Origin: a virus
Taxonomy: Duplodnaviria > Caudoviricetes
Virus record (IMG/VR): IMGVR_UViG_3300051213_000576
Span: 1-32,513 of that record
DNA length: 32,513 bases
Reading direction: 5' to 3' (one strand)
A program made the translations under genes and the position numbers. Below the pieces are notes generated by a model. It was not told where the DNA came from. It searched no databases and saw only the letters and a program-made list of their open reading frames with translations. Below, piece after piece: positions 1 to 6,550 of this stretch (its first letter is position 1; every line of letters begins with the position of its first letter).

Positions 1-127
1 GCGAGTACATCATAGCGGCCTGCGTTCAGCACCTTGACCAAGCGGTCGCGGATTTCTTGCTTTTGTACCGATTTCTCAAAACGCTCGCGCAGGCTTTCTT
101 TGTCCTTGATGACTTTCTTGATATCGA
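1..127. repeat. Terminal direct repeat (circularisation overlap), copy 1
   Basis: Identical to 32387-32513; it falls inside a continuous reading frame. Confidence 0.97.
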
Positions 128-326
128 AAGACACCGTCTTTGTCTGGCGATCCAGTGCCGCAGGGCCATCACTCGGGCCGCTGGTGAATGCCTGTGTGCG
201 ATTGGCGAGTTGAACGCATGCAAGGCGCGCGTAAGCCCTCACGAGCTCGCGCACCGAACGACCGCTGACCTGCTGGTATTTCTCCAGCATGTCCTCGATG
301 TCAGTCGTGTAAGCCGTCATTCCCAT
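1..326 (-). CDS. 5' part of origin-spanning ~283 aa virion morphogenesis protein (neck/tail-completion-like); continues at 32386-31861
   Basis: Manual translation from ATG at 326 (MGMTAYTTDIEDMLEKYQQVSGRSVRELVRAYARLAC...) is open through base 1 and joins the frame of track ORF 31861..32427. Function is inferred from position only. Confidence 0.8.
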   Translation of the reverse strand, partial: MGMTAYTTDIEDMLEKYQQVSGRSVRELVRAYARLACVQLANRTQAFTSGPSDGPAALDRQTKTVSFDIKKVIKDKESLRERFEKSVQKQEIRDRLVKVLNAGRYDVL

Positions 327-551
327 GGTTCAAATTTTGGAAGGCATCTTCAATCAGTTGCAGCGAGTCAAATTCGGAAACTGCCTTGTTTCGCGACCAG
401 ATTCGCGGCCGGTTGTGGGCGTAGTCCTCGGCATGGAGGATCTGCAAGCCTGCCGCGAACGGCAGGTCTTCCATGATCTCGCGGTAGCCCCAGCCAGTGA
501 TCGAGGCGATGCGCCAGGCATAGCCCGCGAGCCAGCCGGGGTTGTTCAGTT
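301..551 (-). CDS. Frameshift extension of tail assembly chaperone (gpGT-like C-terminal part)
   Basis: The -1 frame is open from the slippery site to TGA at 301 (KLNNPGWLAGYAWRIASITGWGYREIMEDLP...); it has no good independent start. Confidence 0.8.
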
Positions 552-944
552 TCCCGAGGATGCGGTGGCGTCTTGATGCTCGCTTGAGCTTGCAAACCAT
601 TCCTCAATGCGCGTGTTCATCATCGAAACGAGTTCTTTGATGTCTGCCGAGGTCGGGTCGTTTTTGTCCATCCAGCGGTCGACGGCTTCGATGAAGGTGT
701 CATGATCGTTGATCACCTTGCGGATCTCGACGCGGGGTGCCTCGTGGATGTAGGCGAAAGCGCAGGCGCGCCACAGAATGTCCATCTCTGGTTGCAACAC
801 TTTGTTGCGCTGCATCCAGCTCACCTCGGTGGCGGCAGTGGTGCGCAGCTCCCAGCGCGCGGCCTTTGCCGGTCCGCTGGTCATGCCCTGCTCACGCAGG
901 ATTTCGTCGTCTTTTACTAGTTCGATTTTGGTATTTTTAGGCAT
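546..944 (-). CDS. Tail assembly chaperone (gpG-like)
   Basis: 132 aa, downstream of the tail tube gene; ends ...TCG GGA AAC TGA. Confidence 0.8.
   Translation of the reverse strand: MPKNTKIELVKDDEILREQGMTSGPAKAARWELRTTAATEVSWMQRNKVLQPEMDILWRACAFAYIHEAPRVEIRKVINDHDTFIEAVDRWMDKNDPTSADIKELVSMMNTRIEEWFASSSEHQDATASSGN
549..555 (-). other. -1 programmed ribosomal frameshift heptamer G GGA AAC
   Basis: X XXY YYZ pattern in the correct phase immediately before the stop codon; compare lambda G-T GGGAAAG. Confidence 0.85.
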
Positions 945-961
945 GGTATTTCGGGGTGGTT

Positions 962-1357
962 TCAGAGAAGGGCGGCGAACTTTTTCCTCGTCTCTTCGGA
1001 GGCGGTTTCGCGGATGGCGATGCGGCGGCCATTGCGCTCGATGACGACATCGCGCGGCGTGTTGCGGATCAGGTCGATGAGCTCGTCGCGGTTGTCCGCG
1101 TAGGCCCGCATGTAGTTGAGCGGGTGCTCTGGATTGCTCTCGGCGAAGAACTCACTGCGCTTGGTGAAGTTCTGGAAATGCTCGAAGGCGCTCTGCCCGT
1201 TGTCCGGGTGCGAGGCCTTGAACCAGAAGACAGTGGTCTCGTTGCCGTCGCTGCGGACTTGCCGCGTGACGGGTGCTTCGTTGAGCTCGAAACCAAGGGT
1301 GACGAGGGCGGTGGCGAGCTTGAGATTGCTCGTGTGAAACAGTTCAATTTGGTCCAT
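962..1357 (-). CDS. Hypothetical protein between tail tube and chaperone
   Basis: 131 aa ORF filling the gap in the late operon on the coding strand. Confidence 0.8.
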   Translation of the reverse strand: MDQIELFHTSNLKLATALVTLGFELNEAPVTRQVRSDGNETTVFWFKASHPDNGQSAFEHFQNFTKRSEFFAESNPEHPLNYMRAYADNRDELIDLIRNTPRDVVIERNGRRIAIRETASEETRKKFAALL

Positions 1358-1364
1358 AATTTGT

Positions 1365-1396
1365 AAAAAAAGAGCTCCCTATTTTGGCCGGGGAGC
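1365..1396 (-). terminator. Intrinsic terminator after tail tube gene
   Basis: AGCTCCC/GGGAGCT stem followed by CTTTTTTT on the - strand. Confidence 0.75.
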
Positions 1397-1426
1397 TGTC
1401 GGCTTTGAGCAGTGAGAGGGCTGCGG

Positions 1427-1804
1427 TTAGACCGGAGCGGTCATGGTGTTCGCGTACTGCGTTGCGCTCACCGAGATGGTCTTGAACTCACCGGCGCTGG
1501 ACTTCTCCTGCACCGAGTTGACGATCACCGTGCCGTCGGCGAGGCCGTACTTGTCGATGTCGTTGGACAGCGTGAGCAGGTTGCCGACTTGCATGGTCGC
1601 GCTGCCGTTGAGCGTGCCTTCAAGGGTGATCTCGGCTTGCTTGCCGGTGATGGCGACGGCGACAACTTCACCTTCCGCGTCACGAAGTTCGGACTTGTTG
1701 GCGGTGACATTGCGCGAAAACGAGCTGAGCAAGATGCCGGTCTCGTTGGTGATACCGAACTCCACAGAAGAGACGGACGATGCTTTGTAGATGGTGGCTG
1801 GCAT
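1427..1804 (-). CDS. Major tail (tube) protein
   Basis: 125 aa from MPATIYK; beta-rich S/T/G composition; lies after the neck genes and is followed by a terminator. Confidence 0.7.
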   Translation of the reverse strand: MPATIYKASSVSSVEFGITNETGILLSSFSRNVTANKSELRDAEGEVVAVAITGKQAEITLEGTLNGSATMQVGNLLTLSNDIDKYGLADGTVIVNSVQEKSSAGEFKTISVSATQYANTMTAPV

Positions 1805-1832
1805 GGGATGTGGGGGTCTCCACATCCGCGCG

Positions 1833-1839
1833 TGTCAAA
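1833..1839 (-). promoter_or_regulatory. TTTGACA late-gene motif
   Basis: Intergenic copy of the recurrent motif, 28 nt before ATG 1804. Confidence 0.6.
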
Positions 1840-1850
1840 TCGCGCTGCGC

Positions 1851-2252
1851 TTACAGCTCGACCATGCCGAGCGTGAGGTTGACCTGCGATAGCCAGCGGT
1901 CATTGCTCTGCGACTCGTTCCAAGTGTTGATCGACGCACCGGCACAGGTGATGCCGACGGGGAAAAAGTTGGCCATCGTCTCGGCGTCGTTGAGTGTGCC
2001 GCGCAGGCTGGTCACAAGGTTGCGGTGATCGGTGAGCGCATCGGCCATGACTGAGGGCGTGCTGACGATCAGCCGCACGCTGGCGACATAGAGCGTCGGT
2101 GCTGGGGTGTTGATGTCTTCGCACGCGACCATGATGAGCGGCTCGTCGTTGGGGATCTCGTCGTCGCTCTGACCGCAGTGGATGGCGATGCCTTCGAAGG
2201 CCTCGAGGTTGGCGAGCCAGTCGCGAACGGATTGTTCGATCTGCAAATTCAT
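1851..2252 (-). CDS. Putative tail terminator / neck protein
   Basis: 133 aa, directly upstream of the tail tube gene; ATGA-type overlap with the previous gene. Confidence 0.6.
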   Translation of the reverse strand: MNLQIEQSVRDWLANLEAFEGIAIHCGQSDDEIPNDEPLIMVACEDINTPAPTLYVASVRLIVSTPSVMADALTDHRNLVTSLRGTLNDAETMANFFPVGITCAGASINTWNESQSNDRWLSQVNLTLGMVEL

Positions 2253-2578
2253 AGGGGCGAAACGGAGCCGGGTTGGATGGTCACGACATGCTCGCCCAGT
2301 GTGCTGATCGGGTCGCGGGTCTCAGTGATGGTGTACTTGCGGCCATTGAATTTGATCTGCTCGCCGCGCGTGGGCGCGCTGGTCAAAGTGGAGGCGAGAA
2401 AGCGCACGGTGTACTCGCCGCCTTGGGCATTGCCGCCGAGCTCGAGCGAGAGTGATAGACGAACCGACGAGATGATCACCTTGATGTCGGCATTGCGGAA
2501 CCGAACCGTGACGCCGTGTGCCTCGTTTTGAACTGCCGCCGATTTGAGGCGGAAGGTATTGATCGCGGCAGGGGTCAT
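2249..2578 (-). CDS. Putative head-tail joining (gpFII-like) protein
   Basis: 109 aa, first gene after the capsid gene; PTRGEQIKFNGRKYTI resembles the head-closure beta-barrel pattern. Confidence 0.6.
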   Translation of the reverse strand: MTPAAINTFRLKSAAVQNEAHGVTVRFRNADIKVIISSVRLSLSLELGGNAQGGEYTVRFLASTLTSAPTRGEQIKFNGRKYTITETRDPISTLGEHVVTIQPGSVSPL

Positions 2579-2594
2579 TCTGAATGCGTGTGCA

Positions 2595-2601
2595 TGTCAA
2601 A
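2595..2601 (-). promoter_or_regulatory. TTTGACA late-gene motif
   Basis: 16 nt before ATG 2578; fused to the U-tract of the capsid terminator. Confidence 0.65.
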
Positions 2602-2636
2602 AAAAACCGCCACTGGGGCTTGAACCCAGTGACGGT
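2599..2636 (-). terminator. Intrinsic terminator after major capsid gene
   Basis: ACCGTCACTGGG-loop-CCCAGTGGCGGT stem followed by a T run on the - strand. Confidence 0.85.
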
Positions 2637-2674
2637 AGGTTTGCTACAACCGAACGAGAACCTTTGGACTAACC

Positions 2675-3535
2675 TCAGGCAGCGGACTTGATGATCGCCA
2701 TCGTGCCGTCGGTGATACCAGCGGCGGCGCCGAACATCACTTCGAGCGAAGCGTTGACTTGGCGGTTGGCGGTCGAGCCCCAGACATTGTACTGAACGCT
2801 CAGACCAAGTTGGTCGAGGGTCACGATGTCGGAGACGGCGAACTGAGCGCGAACTGCGTCGTCGATCGCAGGAGCAGCGGCGGCCATCACGAGAGCTTCC
2901 GGCGCGCAGCCGAAGCCGATCATGTTGGTCTCACCACTGAACTGCGTCGCGTAGTGAACGCCGTTGTCGAAGCCGTAGGCACCTTGACCAAGGCTGAGGC
3001 CGGTGGTCGAAGTTGGGATCAGCTGCGAGTAGATGGTGGGGTTGACGACAAGGCCTTTGCGTGGCGACTTGCTGACAGCGGCCCAGACCTTGGCGATGTC
3101 GCCGGAGGTTGGGGTGATGCCAGTGGCAGCCTTAGTCACAGCAGCGGCACCGAAGTTGGCAACGGTGATCGGCGCAGTGGCGAGAGCCCAAATCTTGTCG
3201 GCGAGTGCGTCGAGCGAGATGCGGATCAGGCGCTCAAGGCGATGACCCGAAGCAAGCTCCGAAGCAGTGATCGCGAAAGGTTGGAAGATGTGGTCGAGAG
3301 TCACCGAAGCTTTGCCCACGGTGGCGCTGCCGCCGGGCTCAAAGTTGGTCGGGTTGACGACAGTTGCGCCAGTCGCAGTGACGAGCGGAACTTGAACGGT
3401 GTCCTTCGCTTTCTTCACATCCGAGCTGAAGTCGGAAGCGAAAAGGTTGAGGGCGGAGAGGCGGTTCGCGAGAACCGTTTGAGCTTGTTGCGCGATGGAA
3501 TCGGCAACAAGAGCGGAGTCGAATGTGTTAGGCAT
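2675..3535 (-). CDS. Major capsid protein
   Basis: 286 aa, directly after the protease/scaffold gene; DFSSDVKKAKDTVQVP N-terminal pattern typical of HK97-fold coats; followed by a terminator. Confidence 0.85.
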   Translation of the reverse strand: MPNTFDSALVADSIAQQAQTVLANRLSALNLFASDFSSDVKKAKDTVQVPLVTATGATVVNPTNFEPGGSATVGKASVTLDHIFQPFAITASELASGHRLERLIRISLDALADKIWALATAPITVANFGAAAVTKAATGITPTSGDIAKVWAAVSKSPRKGLVVNPTIYSQLIPTSTTGLSLGQGAYGFDNGVHYATQFSGETNMIGFGCAPEALVMAAAAPAIDDAVRAQFAVSDIVTLDQLGLSVQYNVWGSTANRQVNASLEVMFGAAAGITDGTMAIIKSAA

Positions 3536-3574
3536 TGCGGTGGGGGTGGTGGGGTTGGTTTGGTTCTCGTTGGC

Positions 3575-4093
3575 TTACGCCTTCGAAAGTTTTTGGCGGT
3601 GGCTCCAGATGGCGGCCTTGTGCTTCTCGAAGAGGGCGGAGGCGGCTTTGCGATCGCCTGACTCGACGGCGGCGAGGTACTCGGCGACGGGGTCGCTGGC
3701 CTCGGGTGCGGAGTTCTCGATCACTGGCACGACGCGCGCGGCGGCGAGGCCAAGCGAACGCTCGAGGTTCGCGAGTGCAGTGCGCTCGGCATCGAGCTCG
3801 GCTTTGACTGTGGTGAGTTCGCTCTCGGCTTTTTCAGCGCGGGCGAGCACGGCGTTGTACTTCGCGACGATCGCGTCGGCGTGTGGCACGGATGCGACCG
3901 GCACTTCCGGCGCAGGTGCTTCTTCTTCGGGTTGAACTTCTTCTTCGGCGGCTTCGGGAGCGGCTTCGATGATCTCTGCGAGAGATGCGGAAGGAGTGGC
4001 TTCGGCGGCCTGCTCTTCAGCGGCCTGCTCTTCGGTGGCTTCGATCACGACCTCTTCGTCGATCTCGGCAGCGGCTTCGAGTTGTGGGTCCAT
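3575..4093 (-). CDS. Probable nested in-frame scaffold protein (Nu3-like), 172 aa
   Basis: In-frame ATG at 4093 (MDPQLEAAAE...) at the protease/acidic-region boundary, 15 nt behind an intragenic TTTGACA motif. Confidence 0.65.
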   Translation of the reverse strand: MDPQLEAAAEIDEEVVIEATEEQAAEEQAAEATPSASLAEIIEAAPEAAEEEVQPEEEAPAPEVPVASVPHADAIVAKYNAVLARAEKAESELTTVKAELDAERTALANLERSLGLAAARVVPVIENSAPEASDPVAEYLAAVESGDRKAASALFEKHKAAIWSHRQKLSKA

Positions 4094-4711
4094 ATCCACG
4101 GACCGCGCTGTCAAATCGGACGGCGCATTGCGGAACTTCGCGAGGCGCGAGAACTTGTTGGTGCTGGCGGCGAGCGCGAGTGAGTCGGTGACTTCGTCGA
4201 CAAAGCCTGCGGCTTGTGCTTCGGTAGCCGTGAACCATGTCTCGGCATCCATCCATGCGGCGATCTGCTCTGGCTCTTGACCGCTCTTCGCCGAATAGGC
4301 GGCGATCATGCCTTCGCGGATTTTCTCAAGCAACGCGGCTTGATCCCGCATCTCCTCGGCATCGCCCATCGCGACGCCCCACGGGTTGTGGATCATGTAG
4401 AATCCATTCGCGGCCATCTTGACCGGCGCGCCTGCGAGGCTGATCACCGTGGCCATCGACGCGGCCAGTCCTTCGATCTCGACGGTGACGCCGCCGGGGT
4501 GACGCTTCAGCGCGTTGAAGATCGCGTTGCCATCGAAGACCTCGCCGCCGGGGCTGTGGATCTTGAGAACGATCTCGTGGTCGGCAGGGACGCGCTTGAG
4601 ATCGGTGATGAACTGCTTGGCAGATACGCCGTAATAACCGATCTCGTCGAAGATGGAGATTTCGGTTTGGCGAACTTCAGCGCGGGCAGATAGGGCATAC
4701 CAGGTCTTCAC
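3575..4711 (-). CDS. ClpP-type prohead protease with C-terminal scaffold region
   Basis: IHSPGG, LAASMA (Ser), MIHNP (His) and AETW...A...GFVD motifs, followed by an acidic/coiled-coil tail. Confidence 0.93.
   Translation of the reverse strand: MKTWYALSARAEVRQTEISIFDEIGYYGVSAKQFITDLKRVPADHEIVLKIHSPGGEVFDGNAIFNALKRHPGGVTVEIEGLAASMATVISLAGAPVKMAANGFYMIHNPWGVAMGDAEEMRDQAALLEKIREGMIAAYSAKSGQEPEQIAAWMDAETWFTATEAQAAGFVDEVTDSLALAASTNKFSRLAKFRNAPSDLTARSVDMDPQLEAAAEIDEEVVIEATEEQAAEEQAAEATPSASLAEIIEAAPEAAEEEVQPEEEAPAPEVPVASVPHADAIVAKYNAVLARAEKAESELTTVKAELDAERTALANLERSLGLAAARVVPVIENSAPEASDPVAEYLAAVESGDRKAASALFEKHKAAIWSHRQKLSKA
4109..4115 (-). promoter_or_regulatory. TTTGACA motif inside clpP gene
   Basis: Same motif and spacing as the intergenic copies. 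Confidence 0.6.
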
Positions 4712-4724
4712 GCCGCAGCGGGCG

Positions 4725-4731
4725 TGTCAAA
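4725..4731 (-). promoter_or_regulatory. TTTGACA late-gene motif
   Basis: 13 nt before GTG 4711. Confidence 0.65.
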
Positions 4732-4734
4732 ATT

Positions 4735-6162
4735 TCAGAGGCTGCCGTCTTGGCTTGGGAAAACCTCACCAACCTCGAGGCCAAGCGCGTCGCATTTCGC
4801 TTTGCGGCGGAGGTAGGTTTGCAGGATGTCGTCTTCCTCGGCTTCGGCATCGAGGCCGTGCAGGTTGCAGTAGCGCTCCCATGACATGTAGCCCTTGTCC
4901 ATCAAGTCGCTGTACAGGCGGCCATCGCGGCCGTTGTCGACGGTGATTTTCTTCGGCGGGATGAACTCGCACCTCCACCAATCGTCGCCGGGGTATGGCA
5001 AGCGACCGGCTTGAATTTCTTGATACAGCCAGAACTTCCAGAACGGACGGCAGAACTGATCGACCAGCATTTGCTGGAGACGCTCGAGGAAATTCTGTGC
5101 GACCTCGAGCAATCCGCGGAACTCGGTGCCACTCGCGCCGACGAAGATCATGAGCGCTTCGGGTGGCAGGCCGATGCCGCGCGCGACCTCGGAGATCACA
5201 TAGCGCACGAACGGCTCGAAGCTCTGGCCGGGGTGTTCGTTCTTGAAGCTCTGGATCGACTCGCCCGGCTTGAGCTTTGGAATGAGCGTGCCGTTGTAGA
5301 GGCGCTCGGTGCTGAGGTCATCGCCTTCGCTGGTGGCGATTTTAGCACCGAGGCCGATCTTGGCCGCTTCGTTGCTGGTGATCGAAAAGCCGATCTGCGC
5401 GCCTGCTTTGAATGCGCCCTTGGTGTAGGAGAGGATTTCCGAAAGGTCTTGCAGGTTGATCGCTGCGTTGTGCAGCCATGACGCGCCGCGTGGGTAGCCT
5501 GCGCGCCGGATGTGGCGGAAGTGGAGCATGTCCTGCGCTGGGACATCGGTGTACTTGCCGTTGGCGCGGTCGGTAATAACGCGGTAGGATAAGGGTGCGC
5601 CGAACTGGTCGAGCAGGACGCCATCGAACGAGCGGTCGGAGGAGTCGGCAGTCGATCCCACCGCCTCGCCGCCTATGAAGCGGACGCGCGCGCCGCCGCT
5701 CTGGGTGGTGAGGAACTGCGCGAAGAAGTCGCCATCGCAGGCGACTTGACGAAGGATGAGAGATTGAGCGCCGTAAAAGTTGACCTGTGAAGATGCGTCG
5801 AATGCCCATGCCTCAGCGCAGGCGCGATCTTCAAACGCGCGCTCGGCCATGCGGTTCCACTCGGCATTCGCGGTGCGGGCCTTCGGGACGATGCCGGTGC
5901 CGACGGCACGCTGGGCAAGGTGCTCGATGAGGTAGGCGGCGACGCCGACATTGTTGTACAGCCAGCGGGCTTTCTTGAGTAGCTCGAGGCGAGTCTGCGC
6001 GGGGAGCTCGCGGCGGGGTTCGACGGTGTTGAGAATGACGAGGCCGCGATTGATGGAATGCTCGGCAGCTTCAAAGGCGGCGGCCTTGGGCGTGGCGTTT
6101 TTCTTCGGGCGTCCGGCTCCGGGGCGCTTGCCACCGCGATTTGATTTTTTGATTTCGCTCAC
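4735..6162 (-). CDS. Portal protein, lambda family
   Basis: ARWLYNN, DGDFF, DGVLLD.FGAP.SY and RG.SWL motifs of lambda-type portals; the GTG start at 6162 avoids overlap with the upstream gene. Confidence 0.92.
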   Translation of the reverse strand: MSEIKKSNRGGKRPGAGRPKKNATPKAAAFEAAEHSINRGLVILNTVEPRRELPAQTRLELLKKARWLYNNVGVAAYLIEHLAQRAVGTGIVPKARTANAEWNRMAERAFEDRACAEAWAFDASSQVNFYGAQSLILRQVACDGDFFAQFLTTQSGGARVRFIGGEAVGSTADSSDRSFDGVLLDQFGAPLSYRVITDRANGKYTDVPAQDMLHFRHIRRAGYPRGASWLHNAAINLQDLSEILSYTKGAFKAGAQIGFSITSNEAAKIGLGAKIATSEGDDLSTERLYNGTLIPKLKPGESIQSFKNEHPGQSFEPFVRYVISEVARGIGLPPEALMIFVGASGTEFRGLLEVAQNFLERLQQMLVDQFCRPFWKFWLYQEIQAGRLPYPGDDWWRCEFIPPKKITVDNGRDGRLYSDLMDKGYMSWERYCNLHGLDAEAEEDDILQTYLRRKAKCDALGLEVGEVFPSQDGSL

Positions 6163-6176
6163 GATTGATTTCGGGG

Positions 6177-6183
6177 TGTCAAA
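6177..6183 (-). promoter_or_regulatory. TTTGACA late-gene motif
   Basis: 14 nt before GTG 6162. Confidence 0.65.
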
Positions 6184-6184
6184 A

Positions 6185-6460
6185 TCAAAGCGGCGATGAG
6201 TAGCGTGAGCGGTCGACGATCGCGGCAAGCTGACGCTCACGGCCTCCGTCGGTGAGCAATTCTTCGATCGCTTGGAGTAGCAGCCACTTGGGGAAACTCA
6301 CCTGCCCCGACGAGCTTGATCCCTCGGTGCCGATGCTGGTTATCACAACCTCCTCAGTGGCGCTGGAAAAGACGGTGTCGGCCAAGGCCTCGAGCTCTTC
6401 GTTGGTCTTGGTCCGGCGCAGGTAGGACTTCACGCCGCTGATTTTCATGGATTCGCTCAC
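6185..6460 (-). CDS. Head completion protein (gpW position)
   Basis: 91 aa between terL and portal, the position of lambda W; helix-hairpin-helix-like pattern. Confidence 0.6.
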   Translation of the reverse strand: MSESMKISGVKSYLRRTKTNEELEALADTVFSSATEEVVITSIGTEGSSSSGQVSFPKWLLLQAIEELLTDGGRERQLAAIVDRSRYSSPL

Positions 6461-6473
6461 GCCGACGGGCGGG

Positions 6474-6480
6474 TGTCAAA
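6474..6480 (-). promoter_or_regulatory. TTTGACA late-gene motif
   Basis: 13 nt before GTG 6460, just behind a terminator. Confidence 0.65.
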
Positions 6481-6487
6481 ATGGCAT

Positions 6488-6520
6488 AAAAAAACCCACC
6501 GGCGTTTCCGCGTGGTGGGT
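6488..6520 (-). terminator. Intrinsic terminator after terL
   Basis: ACCCACC...GGTGGGT stem plus T run on the - strand. Confidence 0.8.
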
Positions 6521-6550
6521 GGTGGGTTTCCGAAATGATATGCAGTCCGA

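Noticed and set aside
2759-3661. Long + strand ORFs opposite the capsid, terS (9735-10556) and tape measure (30681-31778, 31142-32044) genes
   Set aside because: Antisense shadows of GC-rich coding regions with no recognisable motifs.
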